Below, piece by piece: positions 47,801 through 54,244 of a stretch of DNA of 64,000 bases. Each line of letters starts with the position of its first letter. Positions within the stretch are counted from its first letter, which is position 1. The DNA is taken from positions 5,092,204-5,156,203 of the forward strand of contig CP070751.1 in assembly GCA_020348445.1 (NCBI GenBank), written 5' to 3'. The notes under the pieces are model-generated. The model saw only the letters and a program-made list of their open reading frames with translations, had not been told where the DNA came from and made no database searches. Position numbers and translations under genes: made by a program. This DNA is from Thermoplasmata archaeon (GTDB lineage: Archaea; Thermoplasmatota; Thermoplasmata; GCA-020350865).

Positions 47801-50631
47801 GAAAGAGAGCTGAAAGGCGAGGAGAAGGAGGTGGATGGTATGTTTTTAACATTCACAGGCAGATGGGCTCCTAAATAACCGCCTCCGGTTACATTAACTG
47901 TCACGGATGCAAGCTCGCTTAAAGTGATTCGATTCTTGCTGTCTGCATTGCTGGGATCATTGAAAGTTGCATTCATGTCGATATCTATCTTCAATATACC
48001 ATTTTCAACCTCAATTTCCAGAAAGCCTATCTGAAGGTCAAAGTCGATATTGCTCTCGTGGATATCTGCATTCGCAGTTAGTGTTGTATCCCTGATGAAA
48101 AAGTCGGTGTTGTCGGTTATGATTTTGGTGTCGTTGAAGTCCCAACTGCCACTAAAATTCCCCTCTGTTAAATCGAGTACGCAACCAAAGGTCAGGTTTA
48201 AGGTATATGTGGTTTTAAGCTCCACCATGGGCATGTTTGGTAGGTTGATTGAGATTCCAAATAGATCAGCATTTCTGCCAAGATCCAATGTGAAGTTAAA
48301 TGTTTGCCATGCCCTAAACGATATCCTGAACCACATTTCGTATTCATCGCCGCTTATAGGGTCCAATTTTTTGTCAAGGACATCCACTGAGATGCGTATA
48401 TGTTGGACATTCGTGTCCAATGCCTCCAATAAATTTTCAAAATCATTCATGGTGTCATTCAATGCCAGACTGTCATTTACCTCGTCTACAACAGTCTCGG
48501 AAAATAAATCCCCCAGTGTGATATTTTCTAACAATTTATGAAGACCAGGAGCATATGAATTATTGATATCATCAGTCAAATTCAAAATCCCGGGTATGGC
48601 GGTCAGCAACTCTGTATAGAGCGAACCACCGGGATCAGATAAATCGTCCAAAAGTGTGGGAAGCTCCCCAAGACCATTGACAAAGGAGGTTTTTATATGG
48701 TAGGTGATGAGTGGGCCACTAATATAATTTGAAAGTGGTACATCCTCAACAATATCAGTACCTAATAAATGGTTGTAATCCTCCAACACTTCGGCTGAAA
48801 AGGGTACAGTTGTTTCAATAAGCCCGGTAGTAACCTCAAGCTTCCAATCGCCCCCTAGTTCGCTACTTCCTGTTGGATCGTTGGATGCTGCTATATCAGC
48901 TTTGGTAAATTCGCTCAGCTTCTTGATAAAGGTTTCGCCCTGTTCCCCCTCTGCAATATTGCAGCCGTAGAGGAGAATATCGGCATCATCTGTAAGAAAA
49001 GGATTCCATAAACTGAGTTGGTGAGCGTAGTTGTCGATGTTTCCTGAAAAGAGATCTGTACTCCCCAGCGTCAAGCTGCCCATTGAACCGTGTGATATAA
49101 TGTGTATACCTGCCACATTATGATAATTTGTAAGCTCCTCTGAAATCTGTTCTATCCCATCCCGGTTCACATCTAAAACATAAACCTCATTTCCAGAACG
49201 ATAGCCTGTGGACGCTGAATCCTCGCTGTACAGGATTCCTCTCAGAAGGCTGGCATAGTTTTCTATTGATGGATCCAAAAAGATGAGCTCTTTGCTCAGA
49301 TCCTCGATTTTGAAGTTGTCCTGGACCATATTGTCATCAGATATCTCATCAGCCACCCATATGCTTGGTACGTCTGCGCCACTTGAAATCAGTGTTATAT
49401 CTGTTCCCAGTAAATTGCCTTTGACGACGTTATCTTTGGAAAGATCACCTGAGATGAGAACACCGAGTAAGCGGTTGCCCATGATGATGTTGGTAGATTC
49501 CGGTTCTTCGCCCCCGATGATATTACCAATGGAGTTAAAGATGTTGACACCTATGAAATTCCCGCGAGCTAAGGTTCCGCTGACATCTGTGCCGATGTAG
49601 TTTCCCTCGATGAGGCTGCCTTTATTTGTTTCTATTTGAAAACCGCAAAGACCAAAGCCCTGGACCACCAATCCCCGCACCGTGCTTCCTCCGCCTATTA
49701 TATGCAGGCCACCAGGCTCCCAACCCGCCTTGGAACCATCGATCTCGATGGTCAATATTGCATCATTACCTTCGTAAAGAGAGTTTTTTCGTGCGCCTGA
49801 TTGTGTGTAGCCGTCGATGATTACTGAATCTGTGATGAGGGGTAAAGCAGATTGTGGTTGAATTGACCAAAAGCTAAAAGGATAATCATAATCGATATCA
49901 GTGATCTGGGAATCGAGAGATTCTGATGTAGTCTTTCTGTTTAAATAGGTCACGTGCCTGGGTATACCATCGTCCAAATAATAGTAGTGATTCTCATCAT
50001 CAGCCGGGATGTCGAAATTTATAAGATCTAGACCTCGGAATGCGTTGGCTTTGTAAATGGCCTGTCTTAATGAACCCTCGCCAGTATCATCTGTTGTTGA
50101 AACAGTGAATTTATTTTGTACCTCTGCTACACCGTATGCACTGAAATGATCCACCTCGAATGTAACAGAATCCCCCTCCTGGGTGAAGGTTATTTCCGAA
50201 TCCTCCCATTCATCACTTGTGAATATGTCTGGATTGAAATCCTTGGATTGGACAATCTTGTAAACGGCATTGTAAGTGGGTAATGTGATCCTTGCCCTTT
50301 CCATTTCAACAGAATCAACGTATACAACGTATTTCACAAGGGGATCATCGATTTCGGTATCCACTTTCACGAGAAGATCCGAAGGTGTCTCTTCGAGGCC
50401 CAAAATCTCTATCTCAGCACCTGAATCAGTCCAGATTTTTAAGTCGTACTTCCCATCGTCCCGTTCTTCCAAGAGAAAGTGGCCGTTTGTGTTCCCAAAC
50501 CTATCTTCTATTCGCACATCGTGGGATTCCTGCTGCGAATAATCATCCCTCATTTGGATGATCGTGTAGAAATTCACACACACGAGCATTCCAATTATTA
50601 CTAGCGCACATATTTTGCGAATGTACTTCAT
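35809..50631 (-). CDS. 4940-aa giant surface protein: N-terminal anchor, HFS-motif domain, CSLREA-like and beta-helix region, DUF4347, long beta-rich stalk, RTX-type Ca-binding repeats
   Basis: Hydrophobic N-terminus; VSTTDDTGEGSLRQAIYKAN; GNYIGTD repeats; DUF4347 (~48825-49293: IISHGS, LLYGCN, GGDWKLE). Dozens of GGxGxDx(I/L)xG nonapeptides occur from ~41265 to ~36100. SD GGAGG upstream. Confidence 0.9.
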   Translation of the reverse strand: MKYIRKICALVIIGMLVCVNFYTIIQMRDDYSQQESHDVRIEDRFGNTNGHFLLEERDDGKYDLKIWTDSGAEIEILGLEETPSDLLVKVDTEIDDPLVKYVVYVDSVEMERARITLPTYNAVYKIVQSKDFNPDIFTSDEWEDSEITFTQEGDSVTFEVDHFSAYGVAEVQNKFTVSTTDDTGEGSLRQAIYKANAFRGLDLINFDIPADDENHYYYLDDGIPRHVTYLNRKTTSESLDSQITDIDYDYPFSFWSIQPQSALPLITDSVIIDGYTQSGARKNSLYEGNDAILTIEIDGSKAGWEPGGLHIIGGGSTVRGLVVQGFGLCGFQIETNKGSLIEGNYIGTDVSGTLARGNFIGVNIFNSIGNIIGGEEPESTNIIMGNRLLGVLISGDLSKDNVVKGNLLGTDITLISSGADVPSIWVADEISDDNMVQDNFKIEDLSKELIFLDPSIENYASLLRGILYSEDSASTGYRSGNEVYVLDVNRDGIEQISEELTNYHNVAGIHIISHGSMGSLTLGSTDLFSGNIDNYAHQLSLWNPFLTDDADILLYGCNIAEGEQGETFIKKLSEFTKADIAASNDPTGSSELGGDWKLEVTTGLIETTVPFSAEVLEDYNHLLGTDIVEDVPLSNYISGPLITYHIKTSFVNGLGELPTLLDDLSDPGGSLYTELLTAIPGILNLTDDINNSYAPGLHKLLENITLGDLFSETVVDEVNDSLALNDTMNDFENLLEALDTNVQHIRISVDVLDKKLDPISGDEYEMWFRISFRAWQTFNFTLDLGRNADLFGISINLPNMPMVELKTTYTLNLTFGCVLDLTEGNFSGSWDFNDTKIITDNTDFFIRDTTLTANADIHESNIDFDLQIGFLEIEVENGILKIDIDMNATFNDPSNADSKNRITLSELASVTVNVTGGGYLGAHLPVNVKNIPSTSFSSPFSSLSMSINMSADVYDPYVAPTGSDDPRTAPEIELSHDFRQYILPFNNILPDGLLGLLEQLKSWLGTFGVSQLFNAVDVPFADGHTLANVLNFFSGLQSVINNSALAVTDEDTGITITQFTSAQDFMQRLDSILDIDIVKINPHYVLSKKQLMFTIELNRVLPIIEGVPIDFDIDLGDLGGIDTDVEVSLNTTVNLTFTIGIDLSSEPERGINSELAFFGLRALINGSSGTSYTPSDGVLPEDALFKLTIGSLGSIDVNVSAVNTSDNTNIYNLTEDISLAINESLRDEKIDAVITVKVLTGKRLAFFTKNVSFMKIENNSADANESAQGFELLGFADGQIGSTSPTPQNGVISGNATFDLILGSNLYKVNLIQGNTTGNPTTDDPISSLIGNLSLAVQYALGGTSGLLDVKQVGDGFSIIMGATNEKFMHIKNPNDVAFVELGIPKDQIAAELQIIGDRTLLIEGNPLLAAVAGNGQTQRDAYFHLEVDGDPVNVSVRAANGKVIGWVCNLFATGNLTAPNDVSAMAGYDPQVDVTFKLTINDTSYIIFIPKSETDPNTEMDHLLEDINNAFADARTEDGTPIDISSYVYATNITDGDKLKFVPANLTWTLMISSMGTTQDNEGVSDLANDLNEALGRVKLSDGTRLDNIIVVSVLHNETSDEYSLILSVPSALKDELEITYSFGQLGFYPTSDTVFGPRSHGQLSDDATFTLTLDEGSGLESYDVLVDEDWTTSNNNITDLVEDINRAFQSVAPSDGGSNVNISHRVVAGRLSNRITISAVSKDAKLLEITDTKDSIAYDELGLDDGVTARAREKRGRLFIKNASFVAGVNLVVSTTDNPAASARFGFVGIEVDTIEGTLEDHGNDVAIHGDVSVSLGGITSMFELTKFNLSKDAFFEIEYGDDKVPVSLPKSLTLFNTNIGQLASQLWTRINLTSLNGKITVGYIGDRLILSDSGTERIRLIVDPEDTAATELGFATGQQIGPIYLGDLTEAVSDFDILKALVNVDISGNGNLTLSNISIQLPDAIQGLANELLGNPRIVIVLEDFTNMSTLDVTALDMGAIADGFDDLNFSSVLTALRSIYNLLINFSKYDFYDEPIPILGVTLNETLNFIEPFLLAIEELSSEDASIAQELLTLLKEVLGIPTDDEESVILSIFKSSTILRFNITWDTSYSASLPVQIDLLDLLGLSLPPSLQSLANLSGAAGLEAEFSVEVELGMGINLSNFAVYIFDNTEIRLEGYANASNVNFIASLGPFGLFVTGGHAVFNEDGNPSNTNPAYLILTAFDDPNPSTDGDKIELFNLSAYNLKANLSAGIGAILPCYFPTASNFIGNLDFNVNISMEVGTSDPFDIKVDASLNSAPNFTAALPDLDDLNLIEMLLLVVEGLDMLLAILEDILAGEFGEIDLPLIGDSLSDGAEFIEDVRDSVIPWLRDFIENAPQKAIDLVREAIFNALGPPGLDILQLDENWNSTDGGLTFRDVQYYLADDWSELQFNLWLGDRYSWETPEIDFGLPGLGLDMDGGIEIAFTWNFLLVFGISLDDGFYFDTTPWDEFTDEFNGTTVYPHTGSKYLTSIIDIGLGVTLMDHLTGKLLFLQLDVENLDVTQENPDKESLYGWFSVDVEGGGDDDRLSFGEIPSMDFDFSWGVQADLDLDLRLGIVGGGKWPSIEAGFYLRWGLGDGVNNSASSPFDRHPSNPWINFTNVGLNLGSFFSDFLGPIVEEIQQITEPLQPLVDILTSRIPVISDLAGQTITLIDIAGMFGVVDPAFIYALADLITFINSIPTDAGDIVIVFGSFSLGGDDGDAPDLTDEGVFDEIRNTPSSQSLPLGAGFEELSSALSNFDFDSSLGSALDGSSAKPATKSFASSTTKEGGGWSFPIFEDPGQIFGLLLGRPADIVVYDMPKFIFDFTYSQYFPIWDGLGAEITGSLGVIIDLSFGYDTYGLQEFAAGGFKHPLDLLKGFYVGDLDLDTGADIPEVTIYGGISGAAVLNLVVAKAGVGGGIYATIDFNLNDPDGDGKVRIEEIWGNILNGIKQLSFPLGLICIFDVSGKVEARLFAFVEALWGLWEKTWYFGPSLPLIEFSYTCPKDPILAKVDEDSGELRLNMGEFAQDRLYRHTTDDSEKFILELKSGDTVEVTATLGGTTYGPQEYSGVKKVMADCGEGNDIVDMSGVDTSSITAELVGGSGNDVLIAGDGVAELWGGIGEDVLVGGPGNDHLYGEKGEDILIGNGGKDYLEGGSEDDVISGDASQAVSGEPWTLRGSQQADIIFGGAGDDFLAGGDNGDIVRGEDGEDWIWGDSSFQYTVSSYSFSLDTNGNGKPDMYPDNPDFGGQDHITGDADADNISGEGGDDFLSGGGAPDWIHGGGGADTIWGDSSFDYNKTSQEFEENATGHPITRFPLYGTAAGDNLTGGDGNDWIFGEDGNDELHGGANNDWIWGDRGSDIAYGDEGNDDLYGGSGNDRLYGNAGHDLVKGNADNDVMFGDDGEVYLVPNKLTLNYDLIKTVRNTTIGNDFMNGDVGDDILLGGPGQDTMNGGDGDDKLIGDNGEFDFDYQDTMGGSLIELFESTDLGSGDDDTIYGGEGEDIAIGGRGEDDIFGDADELGADGDDILIGDNGRVDFVPVPDDKTSEVTLIETTDTDNSTGGDDYINGSENADVILGGVGDDDLIGGLDNDIILGDSGLLNYNTGDGDRSTLDLILTTDNILPAPGGVDTISGGEVDDTILGGDAGDIIYGDDTLDQDPSSDPGEDIIIGDQGRIDLINGIVVIIEATDTVAEDGGNDTVEGNEESDVIIGGVAGDDLDGATGNDIIVGDEGILKYNLANGSGGDGDPTTLDMINTTKPDLGSGDTIRGDEGEDIVLGGAGGDYIEGNDNDDVILGDNGELTMPGGVIDMIETIFPSYGSNDTIYGQDDDDIILGGTAGDYIWGNDDNDIILGDNGKITMPDEVIQVIETTDPATGGSDIIEGNDDDDKILGGAAGDFIWGNLGNEVILGDNGRLDFVVDGDADTLDLIETTDPSIGGIDTIEGNEGEDTILGGPYGDYIWGHENNDLILGDNGRVTQPGEIIELIETTDPAIGGNDTIEGNDGDDYILGGAEGDLIWGNLNEDVILGDNGFLDMVFDGDANTLDLIVTTDPGIGGSDTIEGNEDNDKILGGAFGDDIWGHGGEDIILGDNGNITQPGELIEKIKTTDPAIGGSDTIEGNDQDDIILGGAYGDHLKGNADMDIILGDNGLLDYVLTSVDSSEPDTSTLDLIIATFPNDGGSDMILCGSENDIAFGGTADDTMYGHEHNDLLFGDHARVERKPNMLLDLSTLPVPTFIFIAIYTAASDGGDGDLMYGNEGDDIMLGQQGDDDMFGNEDDDDMIGGHNVVGGIDELDVGPGLNDIMDGGSEDDVMAGDNCIILRRYDTVSPRIRSLEGTTLYDENDDADVTSTHQPNPSGARGRDTTLLDHSDSPTPYTYGNDYMAGGPHEDVMFGELGDDLMQGDASVSEFINATDPSVENADDGDDYMEGNGGKDLIYGDYGQDDIVGGSSELFGLTDSSLRPDDSDTIFGGAGTRIARYDPGDESDDGHALDSDYILGDNGNIFRIVGTNGQYSGDFLTFTYDNYGNVTIIPRAIQLLDYTPGGSASDIGTDDLIHGEASDDLIHGMVGNDVIFGEGQDDDLYGQSGHDRMYGGNGQDGMMGDDGRIRTSRNGETEPLYGLTKPFKEKFIKLPGPFIGAWVDITGRLKKVADIAAFEYGGNDIMYGGLGNDWMHGGAGDDGMLGAEALPDFYNSDPITNTTPLPYDPVTRKISFYDAENPRTKIVGFFLNFEAVDGNGTKILDGKDRMFGDNGHDWIVGGTQNDRMFGGLGDDVINADDNHDSQGGLNNEPDSPEFADRDFVFGGCGLDVMIFNTGGDRVFDWIGEFNSYIAPYAPFGYPETDRLISPHLVRFLMALGEACGADQALVESDGELGLADQKDDRWGLQHGGPRDPQAGNLPATHRDTMGEPEDDR

Positions 50632-50975
50632 TCTTAATCCTCCCAGTCTGAGTGTTTACCTTTTCGGAATCATACAAAAGAAGAGTATGAGGTTCCCTAG
50701 TTTATTGGCATGGTTTTGTCAGGTTCTCGATTGTCCCCCTCTTGTGATCATTGGTCCCTCCAAGGCTTTTTACTTAGGTGACCTATTGTATTATGTGATA
50801 CTTATATTTTGTTATTATTAATTATTGGAATATATTGGAATATGTACATATTAATAAAGTTAAAGGAATTGATTATAATTTAAATATTAACTCTCCTCCT
50901 GTTAAACCGATTTCTGATGATCCTGTTTCCAAAAATATTTAATCCTTCCCAAACGTTTTCCCAACAAGTTTAAAT

Positions 50976-53792
50976 ATGGTGCAACGAATTAGAAATCCCC
51001 AAGAAATATATGTAGTGGGGATAGGGTTGTGCATTTCTATGGCAGATGAACAAGGATTTAAGTCCAGGTTCGTAGGAAGAGAAAAAATTCTCGGGGACCT
51101 TCAAAATCTTATGGATGAAAGCATACAGGGTAAAGGGCAGCTGGCACTTATTTCTGGTGAAGCCGGAATTGGAAAAACCAGGCTCGTTTGCGAGCTGAAG
51201 TCTTATGCTGCAATAAAAAATGTTAGATGCCTTGAAGGGAGCTGCATCTACCATGAGGTTTCTGACCCTTACCTGCCTTTTATTGAAGCACTATCTGATA
51301 TCACAACCCCCACAATTGTTGATGATTCACAAAAATATGTCACAATAGATGAAGCGTTCTTGATTAACAATGCAGGGAATGTTGTATCATATGCATCAAG
51401 AATTGGAGCGAGTATACTGGATGAGGATATAGTGGGTGGAATGCTCGCTGCCGTTGAATCATTTGTAAAAGATGCATTTGGGGATAAGGAAAGTACACAA
51501 AAAGGTCTTGACACGTTGGTGTACGGCCCAACAAGGATACTCATCGAACATGGGGATTTGGTATTTCTTGCAGTTGTTTTATCAGGTGGGGACCCTGAAG
51601 GATTACGTGAAGACTTAAAGGAACTTGTTAGAAAGATCGAGGACAAATATTACGATACTATAAAAAATTGGGATGGGGTGATTGCAAAGGTTCGGGATAT
51701 CACAGATATCATCAAAGATCTCACCACTGTTAAATATAAAATCAAGCGGGCCATCAAAGACATAGACATAAAAAAGGAGAAGGATCGGGTATTTGAGAGG
51801 GTTCTGCAGTTGATAATCGAGGCCTCAGAAAAGGACCCAATTTTATTGATTTTGGAGGACATCCATTGGGCAGATATTTCCTCCTTGCAACTTCTTCAGT
51901 ACATAGCTAGAAATACTATTGAATCAAGGGTTTTCATCTGCGTAACATACCGCCCAGAAGAATTGGATGATATTGGAGATAAAAAAGTCCATCCACTAAG
52001 GGAGATGATACTTAGGATGAGCCGCCATAAAATGTTCACATCAATCGAGTTGGAGAGCTTAAAACCAAGCGAAGTTTCTGAGATGATGATATCCATATTC
52101 AAAATGCCCGAGTTACAAAGTGAATTTGTAGATCGCATCTACAGGGAAACAGAAGGAAATCCCTTCTATATAGAGGAGGTGTTGCATTCGTTTCAGGATG
52201 AAGGTATAATAAATTACCAAGATGGAGCGTGGAAAGTAAAGGAGGTCTCTGAAACTGCCATTCCATCCACTATAAAGGACCTCATTACGTTACGGATGGA
52301 TAGACTGGATGACAGCTCTATTAATGTTATTAAATATGCCTCAGTTATTGGGCAAGGATTCAATTTTAATGTTCTGAGTCAGAATATCGAAATAAACGAG
52401 GAGAGCCTGATCACCACCTTGGAGAGGTTGGAGGACAAGAAATTGATACAAGTGGATATAGAGGACGACGAACTTTACAGGTTCAACCACGCCAAGATTA
52501 GGGAGGTGGTGTACGATACTCTGAGCAGGCACAGAAAACGTCTTCTTCATCAGAGAGTTGCCAAGTCCATTGAGGATCTGAACAAGAACAATCTAGAGGA
52601 CGTTTTATATCAACTTGCTCATCACTATTCTAATACCAGGGATTATAAAAAAGCGTTGGATTATTCCACTAGTGCAGGTGAGAAGAGCAGCAGCGAGTTT
52701 GCTATGGATGAGGCATATGAGTACTATAAGTTAGCATTGGAAGCATTACAACAGATGGATAAAAGCGATGAAAATAAAAGGAAACATCTGGATGTTATCA
52801 CCCATTTAGGGGATATCTGCTATGTGATTGGGGAGTGGGAACAGGCCTTTGAATATTATAATACAATGGAAAAATTGAGTGAAGAGCTTAAGGATGAAAA
52901 GAAAATGGTGGAGGGATACAGGAATATAGGATTGCTGCACATAAACAGAAATGAATGGGATGCTGCTCAAATGAATCTCGAAAAAGGTTTAGAGCTCGGT
53001 ATAAAGATACAAGACGACCATGGATTAGCTGATATCCGTTATCATTTGGGAACATTCTATGAAAAACGTGGCGATTTAGAAAAAGCGATTAAAGCTTATG
53101 GTGAGTCAATGGGTAATGCGGTAAATATCGGGGATAGTATACTTATCGCAAATGCATATTTAGGCATTGGGAGGGTATATGCTCAGCATGGTCAATATGA
53201 TGAATCTTTAACACATATGCAGAAATCTATCGAAATTTTGGAGGGAAGCGGTGACTTAAATACCCTCGTAAAAGCATATTTTAATATAGGAGCCACCTAC
53301 TTCTATAGTGATGACTTTTCCTCAGCTATAAAATATGAAGAGAAAGCGCTGATGCTGGCTAAAAAGATAGGCAACATTCGGTTGGAGGGATATGGACTGG
53401 CAAATCTTGGTGAATCTTATATTAAAAGGAACGAATTAGATAAAGCAATTAAGTCTCTTAATGATGGATTAAAGATATTTAAAAAACTCGATGAAAAACT
53501 GATGATATCTGATATTTACAAACATTATGGGTGCCTATATAAATTAAAGGAGGAATGGGATAGTTCGACAGACTATTTTAATAAAAGTTTAGAGATTTCA
53601 AGAGAGTTAAATATGTTATATTATGTGGGATGCGGTCTTTTAGAATTTGGATTGATGCATAAGGCCAAAGGTGATCTAGAAAAAGCTCGTGAGCAATTGA
53701 GCGAAGCTTTGAAAATTTTTAGAGATTTAAATAATCAAGAAATGCTCAAAAAAATAGAAAAAGAGTTGGAAGCTTTGGATAAAAAAGATTAG
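50976..53792 (+). CDS. STAND-class (AAA_16-like) NTPase with an inserted longin/roadblock-like domain and C-terminal TPRs; true start probably ATG 51039
   Basis: FVGRE, Walker A GEAGIGKT, Walker B LLILEDIHWAD, TEGNPFYIEE, ASVIG, YRFNHAKIREVVY, then multiple TPR-like repeats. Confidence 0.9.
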   Translation: MVQRIRNPQEIYVVGIGLCISMADEQGFKSRFVGREKILGDLQNLMDESIQGKGQLALISGEAGIGKTRLVCELKSYAAIKNVRCLEGSCIYHEVSDPYLPFIEALSDITTPTIVDDSQKYVTIDEAFLINNAGNVVSYASRIGASILDEDIVGGMLAAVESFVKDAFGDKESTQKGLDTLVYGPTRILIEHGDLVFLAVVLSGGDPEGLREDLKELVRKIEDKYYDTIKNWDGVIAKVRDITDIIKDLTTVKYKIKRAIKDIDIKKEKDRVFERVLQLIIEASEKDPILLILEDIHWADISSLQLLQYIARNTIESRVFICVTYRPEELDDIGDKKVHPLREMILRMSRHKMFTSIELESLKPSEVSEMMISIFKMPELQSEFVDRIYRETEGNPFYIEEVLHSFQDEGIINYQDGAWKVKEVSETAIPSTIKDLITLRMDRLDDSSINVIKYASVIGQGFNFNVLSQNIEINEESLITTLERLEDKKLIQVDIEDDELYRFNHAKIREVVYDTLSRHRKRLLHQRVAKSIEDLNKNNLEDVLYQLAHHYSNTRDYKKALDYSTSAGEKSSSEFAMDEAYEYYKLALEALQQMDKSDENKRKHLDVITHLGDICYVIGEWEQAFEYYNTMEKLSEELKDEKKMVEGYRNIGLLHINRNEWDAAQMNLEKGLELGIKIQDDHGLADIRYHLGTFYEKRGDLEKAIKAYGESMGNAVNIGDSILIANAYLGIGRVYAQHGQYDESLTHMQKSIEILEGSGDLNTLVKAYFNIGATYFYSDDFSSAIKYEEKALMLAKKIGNIRLEGYGLANLGESYIKRNELDKAIKSLNDGLKIFKKLDEKLMISDIYKHYGCLYKLKEEWDSSTDYFNKSLEISRELNMLYYVGCGLLEFGLMHKAKGDLEKAREQLSEALKIFRDLNNQEMLKKIEKELEALDKKD

Positions 53793-53799
53793 CTTCTTT

Positions 53800-54141
53800 T
53801 TATATAAATAGAACGCCGCCGTTTCCGTTTGGCCAACCATGGTCGGGTGCATTGAGGCTAGTATCATCAGTTATCTCAAGCTTCAAAGTTATTGTTGGTG
53901 TAGGATCTCCCGGTTGTGGTAAATGATTAACACCTGTCATCACCAATAAACCATGAGAATAGGTTGCCCTATCTACTGGGATAGATCCAGGTGCAGCACC
54001 ATCATTATGTATCAATGGTAAAGTGGCCACGATATGTGTTTTCTCTTTCTTTGCCCCAGGTGCTTCGGTTACCCAAACATCTGCCATGCCATCTTGACGC
54101 CAAGGCTGATGCGGTCTTATTATAACATCGTATGCTGTCAC
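53800..54141 (-). CDS. Small hypothetical protein (113 aa, GTG start)
   Basis: Perfect SD GGAGGTGA (54148-54155) 6 nt before the start; fills the gap between two real genes. Confidence 0.7.
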   Translation of the reverse strand: MTAYDVIIRPHQPWRQDGMADVWVTEAPGAKKEKTHIVATLPLIHNDGAAPGSIPVDRATYSHGLLVMTGVNHLPQPGDPTPTITLKLEITDDTSLNAPDHGWPNGNGGVLFI

Positions 54142-54244
54142 GTTAATTCACCTCCCTTGAATTCCTAATCACATTTCTAAGATTAAAATTTATCGGTATA
54201 TTCAAGGAAAATGAAGAGAAAAACCTCCAAAACGCGATTCATAC

